From IMG/VR virus record IMGVR_UViG_3300030044_000011: a DNA stretch of 64,000 nucleotides, one strand, 5' to 3'. A program made the position numbers and the translations under genes. Shown one piece after another: positions 18,887-29,689 of this stretch (positions are counted from its first letter, which is position 1; each line of letters begins with the position of its first letter). A model generated the notes under the pieces. The model worked only from the letters and a program-made list of their open reading frames with translations, was not told the DNA's origin and ran no database searches. The stretch comes from a virus.

Positions 18887-19384
18887 CCTTCAATTTCAGT
18901 AAATCTTCAAGCAGGGCTCTACGTGCAGCGGTGGCGACCAATTGAATAGCATCGTTCCGAGCTTTCGTATCATGCCCGGTGTTGTTATCTAAATAACTCC
19001 AGTAGAAAGCGACCACCTGACCCCGAATGTCGAAGCGTACTGCTGAACTACCATAGGTGTATTCATAGTAGTAGCACTTATTCGGGCAATCCTCAGACTC
19101 CTCGGATAGATAGCAATCTTCATAACCACGGAAATCGTTGGTCTTTGAATAACAAACTGGACATTCACTCATTGCTTGAATCCAATCTGTTTAAGTCTTC
19201 GCTGGGCCAGTTCAACCCGTGCCCAAAGCTCTTGTCCCACCGGGCAGATTCCACTCTCATCATCACAAACAGCACAAGAGTCCAAATGGACTTTCATATC
19301 CTCGTAGAGTGATAGAGAATGCTCAACCACCTCTATCTGTCGAGAGGCGGTCATTCTAATGCGGTGGCTCAAGGTGCTCTCCAG

Positions 19385-19801
19385 TTAATCCATGTCGTAC
19401 GGCACTGCGTACTCCCCACCTGTCATTGGGTAGATATACTTCAAAGGAAGTTCCAGTTCTTTGGCGAAAGCTATTTCAGCGGTTACACCTTTAGACTTAT
19501 CCCAGCCATCTAGGCACAACACCCAAATTCCATCACAACGAGAAAGCATCGCCTCATCATATTGTTTCCAATACTCCCAATGTCCGGGAAGTTTACACAA
19601 AGATGCAATCGGGTGCGTGTGACAGATAGGTGAGAAGAAAGACAAATTAGGAAACTTGTTCATCAAATAACCCATGGCCGCAGCAACGTGGATGTTGCGA
19701 ATCTCTTCAACAGACCGATCAGGGCTGGAGTAAGGACTGGCGACGTAGATTAGTTTACCCAGTGGTTGTGACAAGTGCCCTCTCCCATTCTCCTGCTTCA
19801 T
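19385..19801 (-). CDS. DUF1937-like protein
   Basis: IYVASPYS, SPICHTH, GWDKSKGVTAEI. Confidence 0.75.
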   Translation of the reverse strand: MKQENGRGHLSQPLGKLIYVASPYSSPDRSVEEIRNIHVAAAMGYLMNKFPNLSFFSPICHTHPIASLCKLPGHWEYWKQYDEAMLSRCDGIWVLCLDGWDKSKGVTAEIAFAKELELPLKYIYPMTGGEYAVPYDMD

Positions 19802-20714
19802 TCTTGCGGAACTCGGCTACAAAAGCATCCCCATTTGAACCGTAAAGGCCGATGAGACTTTCACCTTTGTTGTAGTCACAACTGCCACATTGATGTTCCA
19901 ACCTAATGAACAGTTTATGGCCTTGACTGCAACTCATTGTTGACCAAGATGCGTTTGGGTCATGATCGTGATATTTACCTTGCTCATCGTAGTAACTCTC
20001 ATGGCACATACTGTGCATCCCCCAAGAGGAAGGCCAATCCAATCGGCTGACTTTACCCTCTTCAACACAAGCAGGACACCTCATGCTTCAACCTCCACTG
20101 GGTCATAAACCAGCTTGAAGATGCGAGATTTGCAAGTGGTTATCGTACCCTTGTCTTCGTCATAGATGAGGTAGTCATCAGGTTCGGCTGTGTGCTCAAA
20201 CCCATCCTTATCTCTGACTTTCCAAAGAGCGTAGTCACGGTCGTCACCAAAGGGGTACTCTGAGCAACGCTTCTTGAAGCCATTCAGGAGTTTCAGTGAA
20301 AGGAGGGCCATCAAAGCCGGACGGACCCCAGTCGGGAGCAAGTATCTGAACTGCATCAACGACTATGTTCCTTTTCTTGTACTTCATCAGTCATCCTTCC
20401 ACTTAGGTACGCTCTGGCTCTCAAGTACAGCCGGTGACTCATCTGTCCATTTAATACCACGCATTCGGAGAACCTTAGCTCTGAATGCATCTCGTTCTTC
20501 TACGCTTTGAAACCAGAGGTGGAGTCCGGGTTGGCCTCCGCCAATTGTGCCTCGACCATTACATGTGCGGCAGGTTTGTTTGGCGAAGGTTCTATCCCAC
20601 CCATCTTCATAGGTTTCGTAGGTGGCAGTGCCACGGCCTCCACACTCTGTGCATCCCTGCTTAGTGCGACGACGGATGTTCTTCACCGCTTGTTCCAGTG
20701 TGTTTCTTAATCCA

Positions 20715-20924
20715 CTACCCTTGATTATTTCCAACGACATGTGTGAACCTCGGTACTTTCACACCATCCCCCACTTCCTCAAGAAAAACAGAAAGGGGAC
20801 GGACCCAAATACTTCCGTGTTCGGTGTACACTACAACCTTTTCTCCGGTCTCGGTGTGTTCTCCCACACCGAGTACCGAACAGACCTTACCTTTGTAATG
20901 CAGGTATACTCCGGGCTCTACCAT
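20715..20924 (-). CDS. DUF1653-like protein
   Basis: GVYLHYKG..HTETGEKVVVY..WVRP. Confidence 0.8.
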   Translation of the reverse strand: MVEPGVYLHYKGKVCSVLGVGEHTETGEKVVVYTEHGSIWVRPLSVFLEEVGDGVKVPRFTHVVGNNQG

Positions 20925-21866
20925 TACTCAGACGCTGCAATCTTGACCTTGGCCGATTCCTGCCAACCTTCGTCAGATGACTTAGCGGCTTTAGCCGACG
21001 TGTCGATGACCTTATTCTCATCGCCACTAACCTTGGCCGAAACGTCGATGCCCTTGGCCTTTTCGACCTTGTTCTTCACATTGGCAACGAACGTCTCAAT
21101 CTTCGACTCGACCGCAGCCTCCGTCTTTTCAATAGTGGTCTTGATTTCGGTAGTTGTCGCCTTGATCGTGGGCACTGCCTGAGCCTCAGCCTTCAATAAA
21201 TTGGCGGTAACCTCGGCGATGAGAGCAGCAGCGTGGGACTTCAATTGCTGTTTGATGTCCACATACTCTCTCGCCAATTCCTCGTACTCAAAATTGATGG
21301 TTGTGAGCACGACGTTGTTGTGGATGAGGGTGACATCAAACTTACCCTCTACGGTTTTTACATACTTAATTTCTGTGAATTCCACTGCCATTTAGTTCTC
21401 CTGTAATTCGTTGTATTTCTTCATTAGGTCTTCACCCTCCACCAACTTACCTTCAATGGCGGTGAGTTCTTTTTCGAGTTGAGCCTTGAAGGATGACTCC
21501 AACGTCCTCAACTCTTTGACAGTCATACCCTCCGGGTTTTCAACCCCGGACTCTTTGAGATTGCTATACGCTTGTTTGAGCCTTTGCTCTTCTACACGAG
21601 CGTCACCGATGATCTTTTCGCGGTTAACACTCAAGGTCTTTACCTTGGCCTGTGCCGCACGCAGCCTATCTTGAACAGATTGTTCTGACATCTTTACTCC
21701 CTTATCTCAGCGTAATCAACACGGTGCCATGGAATAAACACTATGCCGTTTTCAGTCCAATACCCTCCAGCCTTCCTGAAGCCTTCTATCACAAACTGGG
21801 CGTGCTGCTTACTGGGCTCTTCTGACTCATAGTTATAATCGCCGTCCCGCGTTCTGATGAAAACTG

Positions 21867-23096
21867 TTACTGACATACATGCTCCAATCCCTTGCCACAT
21901 TTAGGACAAGTACCCGGCTTAACCTTTGGTAGCTTTCTCTCCGCTTCTTCCACTGCGAAAGCCTGTCGTAAAGTATCTAACTCGGCTTCCGCGATTTCAA
22001 GCTGAGAATCGTAATCCTTGAGTTGATCAGCAAGTTCCTGATGAGCCTGATAAGCTTCAATGGCGACCGCTAAATATGAAATACTGCCATTCAAGGTTTT
22101 TACTTCGGTCAATTGTGAGTCAGTTTGTTCAATGATCGAAGTCAGTCGGTCGGAGTATTCTGTGCGCTGGAAACCGAACTTATCCAGAAGAGTGAGCAGT
22201 TCACACACTCCTTTATCCCTCTTGTAGATAATCAACACTTCTGCCCATGAAGCAGCCGTGGCATCAATAGCAGCTTCAAGCTTACGGAGGAATCGAGATA
22301 CCGATAAGGATTGGCTGGCGGTCTCCAGATTTTCGGCGACCTGAAGTAAAGTATCCGCTTTAGTTAGGTTGGGTAAGGTAAGGGTATTCAGGATCGTCTG
22401 TAGAGGCTGTAGACGCGCCTGATGGTAAAGAACCGACCCCAACTGCCCTACAAGCACCTCACGGGCTCTGATGTCCCTTTCCAAGGCAAGAACCGCGTCT
22501 GCAATAACTGTCGCACTGCCTGTGATTTCGAGTAAGGAGGCGCTTCGCTCCTCAGCTAAACGAATCTCAGAGGCCAGTGTGTTAGCCTCACTCTTCCGTT
22601 GAGTGATACGGAGGTTGGCTTCCTTCTTCCCGGCGTCCAACTTTTCCGTGCTGGAGAAGGCCCCAAGGACGGCGTTTATTTCTTGTGGTTTCCAACGGTC
22701 AGAGTCGATCAGAAATTGGGCTTTGTTTTGATGAGCAAAAATAGGATCAATGCTATAGTCCCCTATCTTCATCTCACCGAACTTCAGCTTTTCAATCTCC
22801 TCCGGTACCTTACCCCCAAGACTACTGTAGGTTTTTCCATCGAGGATGTATTTAGTCGAACCCTTTCGTTTACGGGACGCCTTGATGTTATGCCCGTCAA
22901 CCTCAAGTTCTATTTCAAGTGGTTCTTCCTGATTGTTCCGTATAAAATCCTCAGGGATGTCATTACGAAGAACCCCCTTGAGGGCACGAAACAAAGAAGA
23001 CTTGCCCCTGTTTGAGGGGCCGACCAAGACAGTCAGCCCCTCAATGTTCAAAGTCGCATCCGCCCACGGTTGAAAATTCTTGACACTAAGTCGCAT
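21867..23096 (-). CDS. SbcC/Rad50-like ATPase (N-terminal part)
   Basis: VKNFQ, GPSNRGKS, coiled coil, CPKC hook. Confidence 0.85.
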   Translation of the reverse strand: MRLSVKNFQPWADATLNIEGLTVLVGPSNRGKSSLFRALKGVLRNDIPEDFIRNNQEEPLEIELEVDGHNIKASRKRKGSTKYILDGKTYSSLGGKVPEEIEKLKFGEMKIGDYSIDPIFAHQNKAQFLIDSDRWKPQEINAVLGAFSSTEKLDAGKKEANLRITQRKSEANTLASEIRLAEERSASLLEITGSATVIADAVLALERDIRAREVLVGQLGSVLYHQARLQPLQTILNTLTLPNLTKADTLLQVAENLETASQSLSVSRFLRKLEAAIDATAASWAEVLIIYKRDKGVCELLTLLDKFGFQRTEYSDRLTSIIEQTDSQLTEVKTLNGSISYLAVAIEAYQAHQELADQLKDYDSQLEIAEAELDTLRQAFAVEEAERKLPKVKPGTCPKCGKGLEHVCQ

Positions 23097-24361
23097 CAGG
23101 CCAACTCATCATCTTCTTCCGGGTTGAAGCTGATTGTTTGCTTGCTCTCATCAAGGAAGTCCATCTCCTCAGAAGAGACCTCAGCAACAAACATATCCAG
23201 CTTGTCATCCACCGATTCATAAACCAGTGACCGCAGCTTGGCAATGACATCCGGGTCACGCTTCACAACGAGGGCTTCGAGGGCTTCCGCCTTGTTGGCG
23301 TATTGAGCGAAAGAGTCTTCCTTCGACTTACCAACATACCAACGCGCTCCCGAGTTTGTGATGTAACCGAATTGACGAGAGAGTTCAAGAATGTTGACAC
23401 TCTCATCAATACCCTTGCCGGGTCGGATGTAAATGTTGCCCTTACGGAATCCAGCACCTGTAACCTTGTTTTTCAAAGTACGGACACGCACCTTGTTGAT
23501 GGTTGGATCAGGCTTAGTTCCGGGGGCAGCAAGGTCAACGATGAAAAGGTCATCCGTTTCCATCTTCGCCATTTCCATTGGAGCCATGGCCTTCTCCAAA
23601 GTGAGTTCCAACATAACCGAAGGCATAAAGCGGCACATACGACCACCGGGCAGTGTGTAGATGCGATTCACGTAGTCATACTTGGTCGCATACTGGGCCT
23701 CACGGCTATTGTCGATACGGTCGCGTGTCTGGTTGACCATGAGAAGCGCGGCATCGTATTCCTGCAAGTAAGGGCGGAGAGTTTTATAGAAAAGACTCAT
23801 TGCCTTGGCATTTCCGCCGTAGTTGGCCTTGGCGAACTTACCGCTCTTGATGTCCTTCTCTTCAATCTTGGTATCCATGAAAGGGATGGAGTCATTGACG
23901 AACAGCCTAACACCCATCTTCATGAGGCGGATGTGCTCCCACACGGCAGTCTGAACACTGCTGGGGTACATCAGGAAGCAGAAGTCCATGTCAACGCCGA
24001 GCTTGCGGAGGTAGTCAGGAGTTGTGGTTGGCTCATAAGCAAAAAACCCAACCGGCTCACTCGTCTGCTTCTGATATTCAGCGACCATTGAGATTGTGGT
24101 GGTTGACTTGCCAGCGCCTTCATCACCATGAATCTGCGTAACAGTTCCGTGGTGAGCCATCCCCTTCAGGCCAAGCACCCGGTCGAAGGTGATGTGGTTA
24201 TAGGGTACGAGAGCCTCTTGAAAATCTGATTCGATAATTTGATAGTTTGCTGCGGTGTCCTTGCGACCTATGGAGAAGGCAGCACGGCGTTGTTCAGGTG
24301 TCCAGTCACGGGCGTGTCCGCTGGGCGCAGACGTAGATGATACTTGCTTTTTGGGCGGCAT
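23096..24361 (-). CDS. recA: RecA/UvsX-like recombinase
   Basis: GDEGAGKST, VNQTR, PGGR, KNKV. Confidence 0.88.
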   Translation of the reverse strand: MPPKKQVSSTSAPSGHARDWTPEQRRAAFSIGRKDTAANYQIIESDFQEALVPYNHITFDRVLGLKGMAHHGTVTQIHGDEGAGKSTTTISMVAEYQKQTSEPVGFFAYEPTTTPDYLRKLGVDMDFCFLMYPSSVQTAVWEHIRLMKMGVRLFVNDSIPFMDTKIEEKDIKSGKFAKANYGGNAKAMSLFYKTLRPYLQEYDAALLMVNQTRDRIDNSREAQYATKYDYVNRIYTLPGGRMCRFMPSVMLELTLEKAMAPMEMAKMETDDLFIVDLAAPGTKPDPTINKVRVRTLKNKVTGAGFRKGNIYIRPGKGIDESVNILELSRQFGYITNSGARWYVGKSKEDSFAQYANKAEALEALVVKRDPDVIAKLRSLVYESVDDKLDMFVAEVSSEEMDFLDESKQTISFNPEEDDELA

Positions 24362-24374
24362 TTGTTTCCTCCGG

Positions 24375-25304
24375 TTAAATCGAGTACCCGATTCGCTCCA
24401 ATTTGTTAGTATGACGCGATGCGTCGTTAACGATGAGCGTGTAGGTTTTTCGTGTATACGAGTAGAAATACTCTCGCCTATGTAGGAGTCCTTTAGTGAT
24501 GATTTTGGCGTTCCTGCCCTTACCCTTCATCTCCTGATTGGCGTTACATAGAGACACCAAAAACTTCTCTGGTACCTCCTCAGGATGACCTAAAAGAATT
24601 GAGGTTGTATGCCGAGCCATCATAGAGAGAAGAACAGCATCGCAAGCGTCAGTATCCAATTTTGGGTATGTTGCCTTGTCAATGTATTCATACGCCTTAT
24701 TGATGTTCTCAGCTTTGTTCTTCGCGCCGGTTTTAGTAAGGTTCATTAAAGACCGGAGCGTGGCTGCATTAGTGGTTAATACTCTAACTGTAGTGAACCT
24801 CGCCCACAGATTTGTCTCGAAAAACACCAAGTGCAGGATGCGGTTCAACGCCACTAGAAAGTCGTTCATGGGCGTTGGGTACTCCATGCTGATGATGAGC
24901 CCTAAAGCTGGCGTTCTATTAACATAGCTGACACCGTTTTTTTCAACAACCCCCTGATTCCACGCTGTGGGGTCATTACCCATGATGTCTGTTGAAGCTT
25001 TGTCAATTAGGTCTCTAAGGTAGAGAGACATCATCTTCCCTCGAAGCCAGATAGGATCAGCGGAGGACTCAGGCTTGACGGAGCCAGCCAGCCTCCAAAC
25101 AGCATGAGTCGTACCGTCTGCGCTTGGCTTAACTTGCATCAAAGCAAACCCGGTACGACTCATGGATGGATCAAGGCCGAGCACTAACCATTGTTGTACT
25201 TCTGGTAATGGGTCGGGGAGGGTGATTGGTGGTGCATTTTTAGCTTTTGTTGTCACACTACTTAATACTTGCTTTTGGCTCTTTCTTGTTCGCAGTATCA
25301 TCAA
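24375..25304 (-). CDS. RuvC-like resolvase
   Basis: LGLDPSMSRTGFA, SMEYP, DACDA. Confidence 0.7.
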   Translation of the reverse strand: MMILRTRKSQKQVLSSVTTKAKNAPPITLPDPLPEVQQWLVLGLDPSMSRTGFALMQVKPSADGTTHAVWRLAGSVKPESSADPIWLRGKMMSLYLRDLIDKASTDIMGNDPTAWNQGVVEKNGVSYVNRTPALGLIISMEYPTPMNDFLVALNRILHLVFFETNLWARFTTVRVLTTNAATLRSLMNLTKTGAKNKAENINKAYEYIDKATYPKLDTDACDAVLLSMMARHTTSILLGHPEEVPEKFLVSLCNANQEMKGKGRNAKIITKGLLHRREYFYSYTRKTYTLIVNDASRHTNKLERIGYSI

Positions 25305-26010
25305 GTAGTTTCTTTAACCGACTAACTGGAACGGCTACCTGCATCTGCCCTAAATCACCCGCATACACACCTACTGTAAAGGCACATATTTTCTGAGATG
25401 ACTCACATATAACAGAAGCGCCTGAAGAGCCCCCGAGGACACCGGGAAGTTGAAGGATAACATCTCCTGTCCAATCTAGCTTACTTTCTTTATCGTGAAT
25501 GGTGCGGTCAAGTTTACTCAAAGCGACGTATCCATGGAGTATCTGTTTACCCATACCTGCCGGGGACTCCACACTGACAATGGGTTCTCCACTAAGTGGA
25601 TCATCCCCTAAATCTACAATTTCGAAGTGCGTCTTTGTTCTTACAAAAAGCAAGCACACGTCATCCCCCATTTCCTCTGAACCGCAACTAGAACTCAAGG
25701 AACGAACGAACACCTTGTCTGTTCCAACCTCATCCAGAGATATAAAGGGTTGATGTTTATCATTGATGCAATGAGCCGCCGTGGCAAATATGTAAGCTTC
25801 CTGCTTGGGGTTGTAACCAATTGAGGTCGCTGTACAGGCAAACCTCATGCTGCCGTCGTCTTCTTGATGGAAAAGCAGCACAGTGGCTGGGTATAGGGTG
25901 TTTTTAACGTAGTCTAACGTGGATGGTTTAGGTGTCGGAGATTGGGCGTACGTAAGTTGTCCCAACAACAAGGTTCCGAGCACAGAGACAGCGATAGTCA
26001 GGGTTCTCAT
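25258..26010 (-). CDS. secreted trypsin-like serine protease
   Basis: Signal peptide; TAAHC, DVCLL, GGSSG. Confidence 0.8.
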   Translation of the reverse strand: MRTLTIAVSVLGTLLLGQLTYAQSPTPKPSTLDYVKNTLYPATVLLFHQEDDGSMRFACTATSIGYNPKQEAYIFATAAHCINDKHQPFISLDEVGTDKVFVRSLSSSCGSEEMGDDVCLLFVRTKTHFEIVDLGDDPLSGEPIVSVESPAGMGKQILHGYVALSKLDRTIHDKESKLDWTGDVILQLPGVLGGSSGASVICESSQKICAFTVGVYAGDLGQMQVAVPVSRLKKLLDDTANKKEPKASIK

Positions 26011-26088
26011 ATAAGACCTCGGGGCATAGATTAGACTTTCACCCTTTGACTATGCGGTACCAAGTGTTAATTTTCGTTGACTTACAGT

Positions 26089-26844
26089 TTAGTAAACCCC
26101 AGCAGGAATCTCGATTTGAGTTATAGAGAACCCAGCTTCCTTAACCAGAGCTTCTTCCTCTTCAAGCCGGTTTGCCTTTATCTTCTTCATCCAGAACTTG
26201 ATGCTACTGTTTTCCTTATCCTTGTACCAGAAATACCCGTTGTCCTTACCCCATTGATTCTTTTCAAATGGAATGGTCAGGCGGATACCTATTGTGGGGG
26301 TCTTAGCATAAGCGAGGACTTCCTCAATCGGGTACTTATCAAGTATGGTGAGCGTGGTCATAACATCGGCGAGAGCCTGATGAGGGAATGGATTGAGGAA
26401 CCCATGATACGCCGCGAGACAGGTAAGTTGACGACTCCATCTCTTGTTGGGATACTCAATGTCGGTCAGAGTATCAATCCAGAACTTATCTTCATCGAAA
26501 TCTAAGCCACAGGATTTTATCCATGCAAGCAGGAAGGGCCGGTCGCATGTATTTCCATTATGAGCCACAATAACATCGGCCTGTTCATACATGTAAAGAA
26601 GCTGACGAAGTGCCTTGGTTGATTCCTTACCATACTTGGCAATTAACTCCAAAGGCAGCTTGGTGGCCTTCATCGCCTCTTCTTCAAAGGGAGCGCCCTC
26701 GGGGACTTGCACAAGGTATCCCATGGACAAAACGGCACGGTGGTTGTCGGTGTCCCAAAGCTGAGCACCAACCTCGCAGATGGCATGAACCTTTGGGTCC
26801 AATCCAAGGGTTTCAAAATCTAACCCCAAAACAAGCATACTCAT
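26089..26844 (-). CDS. DEDDh 3'-5' exonuclease
   Basis: LDFETLG, VAHN, HQALAD. Confidence 0.9.
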   Translation of the reverse strand: MSMLVLGLDFETLGLDPKVHAICEVGAQLWDTDNHRAVLSMGYLVQVPEGAPFEEEAMKATKLPLELIAKYGKESTKALRQLLYMYEQADVIVAHNGNTCDRPFLLAWIKSCGLDFDEDKFWIDTLTDIEYPNKRWSRQLTCLAAYHGFLNPFPHQALADVMTTLTILDKYPIEEVLAYAKTPTIGIRLTIPFEKNQWGKDNGYFWYKDKENSSIKFWMKKIKANRLEEEEALVKEAGFSITQIEIPAGVY

Positions 26845-26964
26845 TCTCCAACATTTCAGTCGTCTCATTGCTAATACACCGTTTTAATTACAATTGGAAC
26901 CTGATGGCATAAATAAAGCCCCCTTGGTAGGGGGCTCATAGGGTTGTGTGTTTCAACATTTAGT

Positions 26965-27675
26965 TCAAATATCAATACCGGGCATTTTAGACTGAGCGTT
27001 CGAGCCCGGTTTAAACACCGCTTTGATGACTTCAGCGGTGTGCATCCAAACACCCTCTGGAAGTTCGGACTGACTGAACCACAACCACTCATCGAACTTT
27101 TCTTTCTCGCTCTCCGGGACATGCAAGTCTTCAGGGTTCACAGCAGTTCCGACATAGAACAGATTGATAAAATGCTTACCTTGCTCCGGGAACCAGTCGT
27201 TTGAAACTTTACCTGTGAACCACACATCCCTGAGTTGTAGGAAAGTCTCCTCCGCAACCTCACGCATGGCGGCGATAAGAGGAGCCTCACCAAAGTCTAC
27301 CTTACCTCCGGGAAGGGAGTATTGCCCTGTGCCGAGAGGCCCTTTGCGCTTACCGAGAAGGACACGCTCCTCCTTGTCGAAGATGATGACACTAACGGCC
27401 ACACCGGGGTAAGCCATGGGACGGACGGGGTGGTACTCGGACATCAACTCTTTCAAATCTACTTTGCAGTCAGGGCAGTAGTAGTCGATGCCGGGTGCCA
27501 GCACTTCAACCTGACCACACTTTGGGCACCGGGGGGCTATTTCGCACCCGTTGAGACAGAAGGGCTCAAGGTTTGCGTAGCTTAGCACGCTTCCGCACTT
27601 CTCGCACGGGTACAGGTGCAGCAAGGGTAACACTGACCTGTGAACTAGGCTCAATTTTTGGCTGTTCGGCTTCAC
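26965..27675 (-). CDS. Nudix hydrolase (start uncertain)
   Basis: PGGKVDFGE..AAMREVAEET. Confidence 0.88.
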   Translation of the reverse strand: MKPNSQKLSLVHRSVLPLLHLYPCEKCGSVLSYANLEPFCLNGCEIAPRCPKCGQVEVLAPGIDYYCPDCKVDLKELMSEYHPVRPMAYPGVAVSVIIFDKEERVLLGKRKGPLGTGQYSLPGGKVDFGEAPLIAAMREVAEETFLQLRDVWFTGKVSNDWFPEQGKHFINLFYVGTAVNPEDLHVPESEKEKFDEWLWFSQSELPEGVWMHTAEVIKAVFKPGSNAQSKMPGIDI

Positions 27676-28000
27676 GTTTCTTTTCCTCCCGCTCTCGTTG
27701 CTGCCGCTCCTGTTTTAGTGTCCTACCCTTCTCGGTTAGAAGTGGAAGAGGCCCTTTTCCGGTCTCTGTACTACCAGCGGCTATATCTACTATATCACAG
27801 GCATCCAAAGTATCCATCAGGCGCACCGCGTCCACGTATCTGATGTGGAACTCCTTCTGCAACTCAAAGCACGAGGCGTGCTTCTGTTTCCTCACAAACG
27901 CGAGTACCTGAGCGTAGTGTTGTTCGAACTGTAAGTCGTCCATTTTGAGTACCTGAGCGTAGTGTTGTTCGAACTGTAAGTCGTCCATTTTTACATCCAC
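27566..28000 (-). CDS. FtsK gamma-domain-like protein
   Basis: ASCFELQKEFHIRYVDAVRLMDTL. Confidence 0.7.
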   Translation of the reverse strand: MDVKMDDLQFEQHYAQVLKMDDLQFEQHYAQVLAFVRKQKHASCFELQKEFHIRYVDAVRLMDTLDACDIVDIAAGSTETGKGPLPLLTEKGRTLKQERQQREREEKKREAEQPKIEPSSQVSVTLAAPVPVREVRKRAKLRKP

Positions 28001-28238
28001 ATCCTTTAGTGTTACCGCTCCGTAGGTTGTCTCCAGATGCTATAAACTGATTCCCGCAATGGCATTGACACTCTTTATAGTTTGGATACTTCCTCATCGC
28101 ATTGAACAAGTAGGATGAACCAGTTTTTTGAGTGCGAGAATAGTAAAACTTCTTCTGAAGATATTGCTGAAGGTTGACCCCTTTGTGCTGACCGATGTAA
28201 ATCTTTCCTGTGACCTTGTTTGTTATGACATAAAAAAT
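27864..28238 (-). pseudogene. truncated chimeric GIY-YIG endonuclease with ATT in the start position
   Basis: FYVITNKVTGKIYIGQH in frame with CQCHCG..LRSGNTKGCGC; TAAGGAG RBS inside a hairpin. Confidence 0.6.
27902..27991. repeat. exact 45-bp tandem duplication
   Basis: KMDDLQFEQHYAQVL x2. Confidence 0.95.
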
Positions 28239-28282
28239 GGACTCCTTATTTTAAGGAGTCCATGAGTTGTGAAATTTTCTGA

Positions 28283-29137
28283 CTATGAAAGGTCTTCGAT
28301 GTCTTCGAGGCTCGCTTCCTTGCCAGAACCTGCTTGATGACCAGACAACAGGGCACGCCACTCGATAAGGCTCAACTTACGTCCCAGCTTGCTGTTGAGC
28401 TTCTTACCCCCATCCTTGATGAACTGCTGAGCCTCAGCCTCAACTTCTGCTGCTAGTTCAGGGTTCAAAGACCACTTTGCCTTGGTGGAACGGAGTACAA
28501 ACTCATACCCAATCCCACTGGTCTTCTTTGACATCACGATGTCAATGTCATACACCGAGGAGTCCTCAGGAGCAAGGCCGGATACCGAACGGAAGTTTGA
28601 CCGAGACAGATCAACATATCCAATCTGCCATTCAACCGGAACCCCTTTTTCATAGCTGCCGGTCTTTGCGTCGGCGTTCGTATAGTGGATGGCAAGGGCA
28701 ACGACGTGAATCATCCCTGCTTGATCGAGCTTAGCGCAGCAGAATGGTGTTTCATTGTCCTTGGCAGGAGCGCAACGGTAGGTACCCTTCTTCTCCACCT
28801 TATCGAGAAAGTGGGACTTACCAATCAGGGCGAGGGGCTTGCCGTCCTTACCCTTCAGAAAGGGCAGGAGAGCGAAACGAACAACCTTATCCTTATCCGG
28901 GCGGATTCGGTCAAGGCCGTCACTACGTGAAATCAGCTTTTGGTCGCCGAATTCAACGCTTTCAAAAACCTCTTCTTCGTCAGCCGGTGCCACCGAAGTT
29001 TTTGTGGAAGACTTTACTGGTACTTCATCGTCTTCCAACTCAGCCTTAGCTGCTGAAACAGGGGTTGTGGTTGTGGGCGTTGGCTTGCTGGAAGCCACAG
29101 GGAGTTCATCCAATTCATCATTAGCGAATTGTTTCAT
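28283..29137 (-). CDS. putative single-stranded DNA-binding protein
   Basis: Acidic termini, Cys/His cluster, replication context. Confidence 0.55.
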   Translation of the reverse strand: MKQFANDELDELPVASSKPTPTTTTPVSAAKAELEDDEVPVKSSTKTSVAPADEEEVFESVEFGDQKLISRSDGLDRIRPDKDKVVRFALLPFLKGKDGKPLALIGKSHFLDKVEKKGTYRCAPAKDNETPFCCAKLDQAGMIHVVALAIHYTNADAKTGSYEKGVPVEWQIGYVDLSRSNFRSVSGLAPEDSSVYDIDIVMSKKTSGIGYEFVLRSTKAKWSLNPELAAEVEAEAQQFIKDGGKKLNSKLGRKLSLIEWRALLSGHQAGSGKEASLEDIEDLS

Positions 29138-29208
29138 ATATCCTCTTTTTGTTTCGGTGTCTTGTTTCGGTTTCGAGTGTCTTTACTGCTTTTGTGTAGT
29201 GTTGCGTG

Positions 29209-29547
29209 CTATAAGGAAGCCTTACTCAAGTCTTCCTTATCTGCGACTTCAAGTTGCCTAAGCTTCCCGAGAGCCACAAACTTTACCTTACGTTTGGCGT
29301 TGGTCATCTTAGTCTCACCAGTGAAAGGTATCTTTCTATAAATACCCGGTTTGTGATGAATACTGAACTTACCAAAGCTATTTAATTTCATTGAAAAACT
29401 GTCAGAGCCAAGATTGTCAATTAGGGTATCTTCGATGCACTTAATGACCTTAGTGACAAGTTCCTCAGCTTCCTTCTTAGTGGATAAGTTGAGAACTTGT
29501 TGAACTCGACCTATCAGCAGTTCCCGGCCTATGCGTGAATTTGCCAT
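29209..29547 (-). CDS. HU/IHF family DNA-binding protein
   Basis: NSFGKFSI..RKIPFTGE..KVKF. Confidence 0.88.
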   Translation of the reverse strand: MANSRIGRELLIGRVQQVLNLSTKKEAEELVTKVIKCIEDTLIDNLGSDSFSMKLNSFGKFSIHHKPGIYRKIPFTGETKMTNAKRKVKFVALGKLRQLEVADKEDLSKASL

Positions 29548-29647
29548 TATGACTAACCTCAAACCTTATGGTGTGCAGCTTGCGCTATATACCATCTAAT
29601 ACTGAACTCTATAGTTGAATTTCCACAGTATTTACGGCAAAACAAAA

Positions 29648-29670
29648 GACCCACCCCAATGGGGTGGGTC
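29648..29670 (-). terminator. intrinsic terminator
   Basis: GACCCACCCC/GGGGTGGGTC followed by TTTGTTTT on the minus strand. Confidence 0.8.
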
Positions 29671-29689
29671 TATGTTAGATACATTACAC

